Shown here piece by piece: positions 18,685 to 27,127 of a stretch of 64,000 nucleotides of DNA; positions within the stretch are counted from its first letter, which is position 1; each line of letters starts with the position of its first letter. The DNA lies in assembly GCA_001769655.1 (NCBI GenBank), contig MEPC01000024.1:77572-141571 (forward strand). Direction: 5' to 3'. The notes beneath the pieces were generated by a model. It searched no databases. It was given only the letters and a program-made list of their open reading frames with translations, and had not been told where the DNA came from. The position numbers and the translations under genes were made by a program. Origin of the DNA: Bacteroidetes bacterium RIFCSPLOWO2_12_FULL_37_12 (lineage in GTDB: Bacteria; Bacteroidota; Bacteroidia; 2-12-FULL-37-12).

Positions 18685-21678
18685 TTGAAAATACCTATCC
18701 TCATACTCTTTTTCTTTCTTTTCTTGTGTCTTGGAATTTGCCTGCCTGCAGAAGTTTCTGCGCAGACAGGCAATTTGAGACTTGGATCTTCTAAAATTGA
18801 TTCCCTCAAAACCCTCTTATCCAACACCAAAGAAGACACCTCCAAAATTAAATTATTAAGAGAAATAGGCATAGCGTTACACAACTCTAAAGAATCCCTC
18901 CCTTACTACCAACAAGCCCTTAAACTCAGCCAAAAAATAAAACATCCAAAATTAGAAACAGAGTGTAACATTGATATTGGAATAGTTCAGTATAATCTCT
19001 CCAACTACCCGCAGGCATTGGATAATTACCTTAAATCATTAAGAATATATGAATCCCTTGGAATGGAAAAAAGCAAAGAGTATGCAATCATCTTGAATAA
19101 TATCGGGATTGTTTATGAATTGATAAGCGAATATGACCGCGCATTGGAATTTTATCAGAGAAGTTTAAGAATAAAGGAATCCCTTGGAATGGGAAACAGT
19201 AAAGATTATGCAATGAGTTTGGGGAATATCGGGATTGTTTATATGAATCAAGGCGCATATGACCGGGCATTGGAATTTTATCAGAGAGGACTAAGAATAT
19301 TTGAATCCCTTGGAATGAAAAACAGCAAAGAGTATGCAGCCAGTTTGAATAATATCGGGATTGTCTATTATAATCAAAATAAAAAAGACAGTGTGCTTTA
19401 TTATTTTATCCGGTCAATGAAAATAGAAGAAAAAATTTGTGATAAAGCAGGGGTTGCAACAAGTATGAACAACATTGGTGGATTATTTAGTGAGTTAGGA
19501 AAATATGATAATGCTCTTGATTATTTATTAAAAGGATTGGACGTTTCAAAAGAGATAGACGATAAATATGGAGTAATGCTCACCACTGAAAACCTTGCCA
19601 AAACTTACGCTAAATTAGACAACCACAAAGCCGCCTACCAATACCATCAGAAATTTTCCACTTACAAGGATTCTATATTTAATGAAGAAAAAAGCAAGGA
19701 AATCGGGGCGCTGGAAACCCGCTACGAGTTAGATAAGCAAAAAGAAATCAGCGAGCGAGAAGCAAAACAAGCACGAGTGCTTGCAGAGGAGGAAGAATTC
19801 AGGAGCAGGATGATAACTTTTTCGTGGAGTTTTCTTGGCATCATTGCTTTTATTTTTATCGTTATATTTTTGGTAAGAAAGAAGTTTCCGGTACTATGGG
19901 CGGCACGGCTGTTGTTCTTTGCGTTCATGATGCTGTTAGAACTAACCCTGCTCATCCTTGAGCCGCAAATACTAAAATTAGCACAAGAGAAAATCCTTGC
20001 GCTATTTGCCCTCAACTGCGTTGTAGCAGGTGTTTTTTTTCCCGCACATAAGTGGCTTGAGAAGCGTGTGAGCAGATACCTCGCGAAGTTTGGGGGTAGT
20101 GGCAGTAGCAGTGGCAGTAGGCAGTCGCCAACGAGCAATGAGCAGTCGGCAACATCAAATTCCGAACATCCAACATCAAACATCCAACATCAAACATCAA
20201 ATAATTTGGGCATATTTATCATCTACTTCCTACTTTCTTGTACCGCATTACCCTTCTTATCCGCCTTCGTTAGTGTCACACAAACCAACACCGACACTCC
20301 GCAAGATTCCTCCAACAATGTAACAATTCAACAATTTAAAAATTCTAAAATTGACTCCCTCAAATCCCTCCTATCCAACACCAAAGATGACTCAATAAAA
20401 ATTGAATTATTAAGAACAATAGGACATATATTAAACCAATCTAAAGAATCCCTCCCTTACTTTCAACAAGCTCTTGAACTCAGCCAAAAGATAAAACATT
20501 CAAAATCAGAAGCAAATTGTTACAATGATATTGGGTATGTTCAGCAAAATCTCTCCAACTACCCGAAGGCACTGGATAATTTCCTTAAATCTTTAAGAAT
20601 AAGAGATTCCCTTGGAATGGAAAACACCAAAGGTTATGCAATCAATTTGAATAATATCGGGGTTGTTTATCAATATCTAAGCGAATATGACCGTGCTTTA
20701 GAATTTTATCAGAGAAGTTTATCAATATATTATTTCCTTGGAATGGAAAATAGTAAAGTGTATGCAAACAGTTTGAATAATATCGGGAATGTTTACGGTG
20801 AGAAAGGGGAATATGACCTCGCATTGGAATTTTATCAGAGAGGACTAAGAATATTAGAATCCCTTGGAATGAAAAACAGCAAAGATTATGCAAGCAGTTT
20901 GAGTAATATCGGGGCCGTGCATTATTATCAAAACAATAAAGATAGTGCACTTTATTATGGTATCCGGTCACTTAAAATTAAAGAAGTAATGGGTGATAAA
21001 GCAGGGGTTGCATCAAGTATGTTTAACATTGGTGAATTATTCAGTGTGTTGGGGAACTATGATAAAGCCCTTGAATATTTATTAAAAGGATTAGTTGTTT
21101 CAAAAGAGAGCGGATTTAAACACATGGTAATGCTCACCTCTGAAAATCTTGCCAAAACCTACGCTCAATTAGACAACCACAAAGCCGCCTACCAATACCA
21201 TCAGGAATTTTCTACTTACAAGGATTCCATATTCAATGAAGAAAAAAGCAAGGAAATAGGGGGTTTGGAAGAAAAGTACGAGTGGGAAAAGCAGGAACGG
21301 CAACGAAAATACCAGGAAGAGGACCTGGCAAAAATAGCAATAGAAGAAAAACAAAGAAACGATATGCTCACCGTGTCCGGGGCGTTTATTGTGCTTGTGA
21401 TTTTAATAGTTGGATTACTGCTCTATGCGGTTAAACTTCCCTTATCCATCCATTTTATAGAGGGCTTGGTATTCGTAGTGTTCATGATGTTTTTTGAACT
21501 CACATTGGTGTTTTTAAATCCATACATTGATATGTTGGCAGATGGCAATGCAATCATAAACCTTTTAGCCAACTCCGCCATAGCCGCGTGTCTTGCGCCT
21601 CTGCACGAAATATTGGAAGGGAGGATGAAGAGGAAGATTTTGAGGGATAAAAGGAGGAGGGGAATGGGGAGGGGATGA
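18685..21678 (+). CDS. TPR-repeat membrane protein consisting of two tandem paralogous modules (signal-TPRs-coiled coil-2 TM), possibly two genes read as one ORF
   Basis: Residues 1-490 and 510-997 are collinear paralogues (IDSLKTLLSNTKED versus IDSLKSLLSNTKDD). The repeated TPR unit is ALEFYQRSLRI.ESLGM.NSK.YA. A low-complexity S/G/T/N linker joins them (GGSGSSSGSRQSPTSNEQSATSN). The second module begins with a signal-like segment after a possible TTG start near 20206. Confidence 0.6.
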   Translation: MKIPILILFFFLFLCLGICLPAEVSAQTGNLRLGSSKIDSLKTLLSNTKEDTSKIKLLREIGIALHNSKESLPYYQQALKLSQKIKHPKLETECNIDIGIVQYNLSNYPQALDNYLKSLRIYESLGMEKSKEYAIILNNIGIVYELISEYDRALEFYQRSLRIKESLGMGNSKDYAMSLGNIGIVYMNQGAYDRALEFYQRGLRIFESLGMKNSKEYAASLNNIGIVYYNQNKKDSVLYYFIRSMKIEEKICDKAGVATSMNNIGGLFSELGKYDNALDYLLKGLDVSKEIDDKYGVMLTTENLAKTYAKLDNHKAAYQYHQKFSTYKDSIFNEEKSKEIGALETRYELDKQKEISEREAKQARVLAEEEEFRSRMITFSWSFLGIIAFIFIVIFLVRKKFPVLWAARLLFFAFMMLLELTLLILEPQILKLAQEKILALFALNCVVAGVFFPAHKWLEKRVSRYLAKFGGSGSSSGSRQSPTSNEQSATSNSEHPTSNIQHQTSNNLGIFIIYFLLSCTALPFLSAFVSVTQTNTDTPQDSSNNVTIQQFKNSKIDSLKSLLSNTKDDSIKIELLRTIGHILNQSKESLPYFQQALELSQKIKHSKSEANCYNDIGYVQQNLSNYPKALDNFLKSLRIRDSLGMENTKGYAINLNNIGVVYQYLSEYDRALEFYQRSLSIYYFLGMENSKVYANSLNNIGNVYGEKGEYDLALEFYQRGLRILESLGMKNSKDYASSLSNIGAVHYYQNNKDSALYYGIRSLKIKEVMGDKAGVASSMFNIGELFSVLGNYDKALEYLLKGLVVSKESGFKHMVMLTSENLAKTYAQLDNHKAAYQYHQEFSTYKDSIFNEEKSKEIGGLEEKYEWEKQERQRKYQEEDLAKIAIEEKQRNDMLTVSGAFIVLVILIVGLLLYAVKLPLSIHFIEGLVFVVFMMFFELTLVFLNPYIDMLADGNAIINLLANSAIAACLAPLHEILEGRMKRKILRDKRRRGMGRG

Positions 21679-21692
21679 ATGACAACGTCGCT

Positions 21693-21733
21693 CTCACCCC
21701 TCTCCATTTTTTTGGAGAGGGGCTGGGGTGAGG
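21693..21733. terminator. hairpin CCCCTCTCC-ATTTTTTT-GGAGAGGGG 15 nt after TPR gene stop
   Basis: 9-bp GC-rich stem with a T-rich loop and an extended outer stem (ctcacc/ggtgag). An inverted copy lies at 22463-22504 on the other side of sod. Confidence 0.5.
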
Positions 21734-21780
21734 TCTTTATGTTGACCCCTATACACCTATACCTATTTCATTAAATTTAT

Positions 21781-21788
21781 GTAAATTT
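21781..21788 (+). promoter_or_regulatory. -7 box TAAATTTG upstream of sod
   Basis: TAnnTTTG motif lies 48 nt upstream of the ATG at 21837. Confidence 0.35.
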
Positions 21789-21836
21789 GCGCTTCAAACT
21801 AACAATTAATTATTTAACACTTAACCAAACGACAAA

Positions 21837-22457
21837 ATGGCTTTTCAACTTCCTGCTTTAATGTATCCGCACAATGCATTGGAGCCACATATTGATGCTT
21901 TGACCATGGAGATTCATCATGGTAAGCATCATCAGGCGTATATAAATAACCTAAATACCGCAGTTGCCGGCACCTCCATGGATTCAATGTTTGTTGAAGA
22001 ATTGATTTCAAACATTGGATCTTTGCCAAAAGAAAAACAAATGGCGGTACGGAATAACGGAGGAGGACATTATAATCATTCCTTTTTCTGGAAAGTTCTA
22101 AGCCCAAAAGGTGGGGGACAACCGGCTGGTGAATTGTCAAATGCAATTAACTCAACGTATGGTTCCTTTGATGAATTTAAAAGTAAGTTCACCACGGCAG
22201 GAACCGGCAGATTTGGCTCCGGTTGGGTCTGGTTGGTTTCAAGTCAAGGAAAATTAACTATATGTTCCACTCCAAATCAGGATAATCCGCTCATGTATGG
22301 GCTGGTAGAGACCAATGGAATCCCTTTAATAGGATTAGATGTTTGGGAACATGCATATTATCTGAAGTATCAAAACCGTCGTCCGGATTATATCAATGCA
22401 TTCTGGAATTTAGTGGATTGGGGGATGGCTAATGACTATTTTAAAAAATCTAACTGA
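21837..22457 (+). CDS. sod: Fe/Mn-family superoxide dismutase
   Basis: N-terminus [40 protein letters not shown], and C-terminus [19 protein letters not shown]. These are classic Fe/Mn-SOD metal-ligand regions. Confidence 0.95.
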   Translation: MAFQLPALMYPHNALEPHIDALTMEIHHGKHHQAYINNLNTAVAGTSMDSMFVEELISNIGSLPKEKQMAVRNNGGGHYNHSFFWKVLSPKGGGQPAGELSNAINSTYGSFDEFKSKFTTAGTGRFGSGWVWLVSSQGKLTICSTPNQDNPLMYGLVETNGIPLIGLDVWEHAYYLKYQNRRPDYINAFWNLVDWGMANDYFKKSN

Positions 22458-22462
22458 TTTTT

Positions 22463-22504
22463 CACCTCACCCCAGCCCCTCTCCAAAAAAGAGAGGGGTG
22501 AAAA
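22463..22504. terminator. inverted copy of the CCCCTCTCC/GGAGAGGGG hairpin 6 nt after sod stop
   Basis: caccccagcccctctccaaaaaagagaggggtg. Its reverse complement is about 90% identical to the element at 21693-21733. Confidence 0.5.
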
Positions 22505-22577
22505 TGTATCTGTCATTTTATCATGTATATATGGGAAATCAAACTTTTCATGTATTTTTGCGTTCCTTTTCCGACAG

Positions 22578-22648
22578 GCCCGTTCGTATAGTGGTTAGTA
22601 CATCACCCTTTCACGGTGTAAACACGGGTTCGACTCCCGTACGGGTCA
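22578..22648 (+). tRNA. tRNA-Glu(TTC): tRNA-Glu (anticodon UUC)
   Basis: Hand-folded structure. Acceptor GGCCCGT/ACGGGTC with one G-U pair. D-arm GTA-TAGTGGTTAG-TAC. Anticodon loop CUUUCAC, matching E. coli tRNA-Glu CCCUUUCACGG. T-arm ACGGG-TTCGACT-CCCGT. Discriminator A. CCA not encoded. Confidence 0.8.
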
Positions 22649-22660
22649 CTGGGGTACAGA

Positions 22661-22706
22661 GGTAAAGAGGTATAGGGGGTATAGGGGTATAGGGGTATAA
22701 GGAATA
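22661..22706. repeat. GGTATAGG octamer tandem array (about 5 units)
   Basis: aggtatagggggtataggggtataggggtataagg. Same family as the arrays at 27001, 41987, 63340 and elsewhere. Confidence 0.75.
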
Positions 22707-22708
22707 CC

Positions 22709-23953
22709 TTAACTTTTTTCTTCCCACACTTGGCATAAATTGATAATAACATCTACTGCTTTTTCCATATCCTGCACAGATACCCATTCCTGAAGTGAAT
22801 GAAAAGCATGTTCACCCGCAAATAAATTCGGGCAAGGCAGACCCATAAAAGATAAACGGCTACCATCGGTTCCTCCCCGTATGCTCCGGCACTTTGGCTT
22901 CATTCCTGCTCTCTTTATTGCCTCCAACGCATATAAAACCACTTTTTGGTTCTTCGCTAATATTTCTTTCATATTTCTGTACTGTTCGTTAATTTCCAAT
23001 GTGAATTTAGCGGTAGGATATTTTTTTAGAATTTTAGCCGAAAGTTCTTTCAAAAACTTTTCATGTTTTTTTAATCCGTTCACAGTAAAATCACGGATAA
23101 TAAATTTTGCAACAGCTTTTTCAATGTTACCGGTGATTTCCATAGGATGTATAAAACCTTCTCTATCTTCAGTGGTTTCCGGAGATAATTTATCTTTTGG
23201 CAATGCGGAAATAATTTGGGATAAAATTTTTATGGCGCTAACTAACTTGCCTTTTCCAAATCCCGGGTGAGTACTTACCCCGTGCACTGTTAAAACAGCC
23301 GCATCTGCCGAAAAGGTCTCGTCTTCGAGCGTGCCGCGGCTTTCACCATCAATGGTATATCCATAGACAGCTCCGAGTTTTTTCATATCCACTTTATCCA
23401 CTCCTCTGCCAATTTCTTCATCGGGAGTGAATAAGATTTTAATAGTTCCGTGCTTGATTTCAGGATGCTGAACTAGGATAAATACAGCATCCATGATTTC
23501 CGCCAATCCTGCTTTGTTGTCGGCTCCAAGCAAAGTAGTGCCATCAGAAGTTATAATATCATTTCCAAGCTGATTTTTCAAATCATCGTGCTCTTTTTTT
23601 CTGATAATCAGGGAAGTATTTCCGGGAAGCTTCAGGTTATTTCCTTTATACTTTTTATGAATAACCGGTTTCACATTCTTTCCTGAGCAATCGGGAGAAG
23701 TATCAATATGCGAGCAGAAACAGATAACGGGAACATTTTTTGGGGAATTGGATGGTAGTTCGGCATATACATAACCCCATTCATCGAGTTGTGCATTTTT
23801 TATTCCTATTTCATGGAGTTCCTTCACCAGCAATTCCCCGAGGTCCTTTTGTTTTAAGGTTGAAGGAATGGTTGTAGAATTAGGATCAGATTGAGTGTCA
23901 ATTTTGACATAGCGCAGAAAACGATCGGTTACAGTGTAATTTAGAGGATTCAT
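22709..23953 (-). CDS. pepT: peptidase T (tripeptide aminopeptidase, M20B)
   Basis: MNPLNYTVTDRFLRYVKIDTQSD, CFCSHIDTSPD and GADNKAGLAEI match PepT. The ORF-track start at 24013 is a TTG codon. The ATG at 23953 is preferred. Confidence 0.85.
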   Translation of the reverse strand: MNPLNYTVTDRFLRYVKIDTQSDPNSTTIPSTLKQKDLGELLVKELHEIGIKNAQLDEWGYVYAELPSNSPKNVPVICFCSHIDTSPDCSGKNVKPVIHKKYKGNNLKLPGNTSLIIRKKEHDDLKNQLGNDIITSDGTTLLGADNKAGLAEIMDAVFILVQHPEIKHGTIKILFTPDEEIGRGVDKVDMKKLGAVYGYTIDGESRGTLEDETFSADAAVLTVHGVSTHPGFGKGKLVSAIKILSQIISALPKDKLSPETTEDREGFIHPMEITGNIEKAVAKFIIRDFTVNGLKKHEKFLKELSAKILKKYPTAKFTLEINEQYRNMKEILAKNQKVVLYALEAIKRAGMKPKCRSIRGGTDGSRLSFMGLPCPNLFAGEHAFHSLQEWVSVQDMEKAVDVIINLCQVWEEKS

Positions 23954-24009
23954 GTATGTTAATGTTTTTGTAGGGACACGCCATGGCGTGTCCCCCTGGT
24001 ATAGCCCTC

Positions 24010-24876
24010 TCAAAACGTATCGCCATCAAACACCCCTTGCCGGAATCGTTGATAGGCGAAATTATAATTTACACCCAGTGTTACCCCCAATAAATAATGT
24101 TTGTAAGACATATCTGTAAATGTTTCGTTGTCCACAAGGCCTGCGGGTATGTTTTTATAAATTGAGTTTAAGCCGGCAGAGAAAGAGAGCATGAAAAAAT
24201 AGGAGAATTGCTTTTTATAGGCGAACTCAACACCGCCGCTCGTTACTAAAGCAAAATCATAGTCGTTGGTAAAGTCCCTCCAATTTATGGTAGAATCTTT
24301 TCCTTCTTCGGTATAATTCCTGTGTTCTGAACTTGATAAGATTTTTCCGGTGCTTATTCCTATAGATGCCATAAAACGAAAATCTTTGTAAGGATAATGC
24401 ATAAAAAGATAGGATGGAAATCCAAAATAATGAAAACTTCTTTTTGAATTGTAGTATCGGTAGTGAAAAGCTCCCAATGAATCCGGATTCGTTTGTATAA
24501 TCTCTGTAATATCCGAACCTTTTACCGAATACATTAACCCACCTGCAATGGAAAACATTTTTGAAAACTGAAAAACAACAAGCAAATCCGGATTAAAAAC
24601 AGGAGTCATGTTTTTATAATCCTCACTATACCGGTTTTCAGTTAGATAGGAAAGTCCGAATGGGTAATGGCTGAAAAAAGCCCCCTGAGTATTTAACCTC
24701 AAACTGGCTGACAACACAATCTGAGGACCGTATTGAGTAGTTGGAAACAAAGAAACTTCACGTAGCTTGTTTTTGGAAGGAGACAAAGGGTTTGTACCAG
24801 AAATTGATTTCTTAGGATTCAATAATCCAAAAATCAAAAATATAAAGGCGATTTTCTTAAAATACCTGTTAACCAT
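24010..24876 (-). CDS. outer-membrane beta-barrel protein (porin-like, OMP_b-brl family)
   Basis: Signal peptide, alternating hydrophobic beta-strand pattern rich in Y/F/G, and a C-terminal aromatic residue (..DGDTF). Confidence 0.5.
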   Translation of the reverse strand: MVNRYFKKIAFIFLIFGLLNPKKSISGTNPLSPSKNKLREVSLFPTTQYGPQIVLSASLRLNTQGAFFSHYPFGLSYLTENRYSEDYKNMTPVFNPDLLVVFQFSKMFSIAGGLMYSVKGSDITEIIQTNPDSLGAFHYRYYNSKRSFHYFGFPSYLFMHYPYKDFRFMASIGISTGKILSSSEHRNYTEEGKDSTINWRDFTNDYDFALVTSGGVEFAYKKQFSYFFMLSFSAGLNSIYKNIPAGLVDNETFTDMSYKHYLLGVTLGVNYNFAYQRFRQGVFDGDTF

Positions 24877-25005
24877 AGTATCTGATTATTTTTTTGTGGC
24901 AAATGTACATGATATTTTTAATATGTGCTCAGCATGTAAAATAAAAATAGTCAAAAAAAATGTTTAAATTTCACCGATTTATAGAAACGCCAACTTTTTT
25001 TAACC

Positions 25006-25911
25006 ATGATTGACATCACTCCCAAACGCGAAACGCTCCGCACGGCAAAAGCCCATGCGGTCATTCGTATGAAACAAGAAACCGTTTCCATGATTCTGAA
25101 TAATAAGATTCCGAAGGGAAACGTGCTGGAAACCGCCCGAACAGCCGGATACCTTGGTGTAAAACGTACCTCCGACATTTTACCTTTGTGCCACCCCATG
25201 CCGGTGGAATGGGTAAATTTCACCTTTTATCCAAAAGAAACGGATATAGAAATAACGGCTGAAGTTAAAACCATTTACAAGACCGGTTGCGAAATGGAAG
25301 CCCTCACGGGTGCCAGTGTCACCGCCCTTTGCATTTATGATATGGTGAAACCGGTTGATAAAAATGTTGAAATATTGTCCATCCGGTTAATGGAAAAAAA
25401 AGGTGGAAAATCCCAATATGGAAAAATTCCCGCGTTACAATTATCAGCCGCAGTGGTTGTCATTTCCGATTCTGTATCGGCAGGAAAATCAATGGACCAG
25501 TCCGGTGAAATCATCAGGTTAAATCTGTTTAAACATAAAATTGAAACGAAACTATTCAGTGTTGTTTCTGACGATAAACTTAAAATTCAGAGTGAAATAA
25601 AAAAACTTTGCAAATCAAAAATTAATCTGATTCTTACAACCGGTGGCACCGGTCTATCATTAAGGGATAATACAACGGATGTTATACGCCCCCTGCTCGA
25701 TAAAGAAATTTCAGGTATCATGGAATCAGCCAGAATTTATGGAGACAAACGCACACCCTATACTATGCTTTCACGAGGAGTTGCCGGCATGATTGGAGAA
25801 ACGTTGATTATCACCTTACCGGGTTCCCCCAGAGCTGTACAGGAATATTTAGATGCATTATTCCCGTATGTGTTGCATGTTTTTGATATTCACAAGGGGG
25901 GAAGACATTGA
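25006..25911 (+). CDS. moaC: bifunctional molybdenum cofactor biosynthesis protein MoaC (cPMP synthase accessory) fused to MogA/MoaB-like molybdopterin adenylyltransferase domain
   Basis: The N-terminal half matches MoaC (MEALTGASVTALCIYDMVK). The C-terminal half matches MogA/MoaB (VVVISDSVSAGK, ILTTGGTGLSLRDNTTD, ITLPGSPRAV). Confidence 0.8.
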   Translation: MIDITPKRETLRTAKAHAVIRMKQETVSMILNNKIPKGNVLETARTAGYLGVKRTSDILPLCHPMPVEWVNFTFYPKETDIEITAEVKTIYKTGCEMEALTGASVTALCIYDMVKPVDKNVEILSIRLMEKKGGKSQYGKIPALQLSAAVVVISDSVSAGKSMDQSGEIIRLNLFKHKIETKLFSVVSDDKLKIQSEIKKLCKSKINLILTTGGTGLSLRDNTTDVIRPLLDKEISGIMESARIYGDKRTPYTMLSRGVAGMIGETLIITLPGSPRAVQEYLDALFPYVLHVFDIHKGGRH

Positions 25912-25956
25912 TATACTGTAAACGGAACAAATTTCAGCAAATCTCTATATTGACAT

Positions 25957-26043
25957 ATTGTTCCATTGTTTCATTGTTTCATTGTTAATTGACTCCATAA
26001 TTTCAGCACAACAATGAAACAATGTAGCAATGGAACAATGAAC
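25957..26043. repeat. imperfect 29-bp inverted repeat built from caatg(a/g)aa units with 23-nt loop
   Basis: ttgttccattgtttcattgtttcattgtt ... aacaatgaaacaatgtagcaatggaacaa, with 26 of 29 complementary positions. Lies between moaC/mog and the usp gene. Confidence 0.7.
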
Positions 26044-26124
26044 AGAGTTACACGAAAATTTATACCGATTGCAGTATAGAATAAGACAGTCAGAATTTTC
26101 ACGTACCTTCGTAATTTAATTGTC

Positions 26125-26994
26125 ATGATAAAAAATAAACCTTCTTATCCGTTTGAAACCATCGGGGTAGCTATTGCTTTTTCACCGAGGTTGGAATCCA
26201 TTATTGTAGAAACACACCGGCTGGCTAAACTTTTTGGCGCTAAGGTGCTTTTCATACATATCGGGAAAAACACTAAAGAAAAAGAAAAAAGATTAGTCAC
26301 CCTTCTTACCAAACATAATTATTATGAATTGAATTATCAAACCATCTGGGCAGAAGGCGATACAGTGGATACGGTTCTTTCTACCTGTAAGCAGAATATA
26401 GTTGATCTGCTCATTTTTGGTGCTCTTGAAAAAGAAAACCTCATGCGTTATTATCTTGGCTCAATTTCCAGAGAGATTTGCCGTAAAGCAAAATGTTCAG
26501 TATTGGTTCTGGTTAAACCATCCATGACACCGAAACCTTTCCGTTCCTTATTAGTGAACGGGATTGAACATCCGAAAACTGTACATACTTTAAACACGGC
26601 GTTGTATTTTGCAAAGTATGAAAAATCAGAGAAAGTCGCCATCCTGAAAGAAATATATCTGCCGGCTCTTTCCATGGCTATAGCCGATGAAAATACAGAA
26701 CCGGAAGTGGAAAAAATAAAACAAGAGTTAGTGGAAGAAGAACTAAAAAAATTAAAAACTTTTGTGAGTGACACCGATCCGTCAAAATTAGTAACCGACA
26801 TTCATTGTCTTGTCGGAAAACCCGGTTATACGATAAGCCAATATTCCAAAGAACATAAAACCGATATGCTGATTATGAATTCGCCTGACAAAAACCTGAA
26901 TATCCTTGATAGAATTTTCACCCACGATATTGAATATGTTCTCGCAAAACTTCCCTGCAACCTGTTGATTGTACACTCAAGGGTAAATGGGTGA
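26125..26994 (+). CDS. tandem-domain universal stress protein (UspA family)
   Basis: Two USP-like alpha/beta domains (IGVAIAFSP..VLFIHIG; LLVNGIEHP..LLIVHS). Confidence 0.65.
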   Translation: MIKNKPSYPFETIGVAIAFSPRLESIIVETHRLAKLFGAKVLFIHIGKNTKEKEKRLVTLLTKHNYYELNYQTIWAEGDTVDTVLSTCKQNIVDLLIFGALEKENLMRYYLGSISREICRKAKCSVLVLVKPSMTPKPFRSLLVNGIEHPKTVHTLNTALYFAKYEKSEKVAILKEIYLPALSMAIADENTEPEVEKIKQELVEEELKKLKTFVSDTDPSKLVTDIHCLVGKPGYTISQYSKEHKTDMLIMNSPDKNLNILDRIFTHDIEYVLAKLPCNLLIVHSRVNG

Positions 26995-27000
26995 GGGCGG

Positions 27001-27098
27001 TAGAGATATAGGGGTATAGGGGTATAGAGGTATAGGGGTATAGAGGTATAGAGGTATAGGGGTATAGGGGTATAGGGGTATAGGGGTATAGGGGTATA
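27001..27098. repeat. largest GGTATAG(G/A)G octamer tandem array (about 12 units)
   Basis: ggggtataggggtatagaggtata... Perfect or near-perfect octamers. Spurious antisense ORFs translate it as PIPLYPYT repeats. Confidence 0.85.
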
Positions 27099-27127
27099 AG
27101 CTGAGAACTCAAACAGCATCATCATAC

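Noticed and set aside
19088-20971. Several 60-150-aa antisense ORFs within the TPR gene (19088..19270, 19722..20183, 20642..20971)
   Set aside because: Nested in a well-supported repetitive gene. Their repeated sequence similarity reflects the sense-strand TPR repeats.
22432-22665. 77-aa ORF overlapping the tRNA-Glu
   Set aside because: It spans the terminator hairpin and the tRNA gene. It is explained entirely by those features.
27001-27098. Possible CRISPR array (regular short repeats)
   Set aside because: The units are contiguous 8-mers with no spacers. There are no cas genes. This is not a CRISPR.
26826-27125. ORFs 26826..27125 and 26918..27112 translating to PIPLYPYTPIPLY repeats
   Set aside because: They are antisense read-through of the GGTATAGG octamer array. 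They have no start context and overlap the usp gene end, so they are repeat DNA rather than coding.
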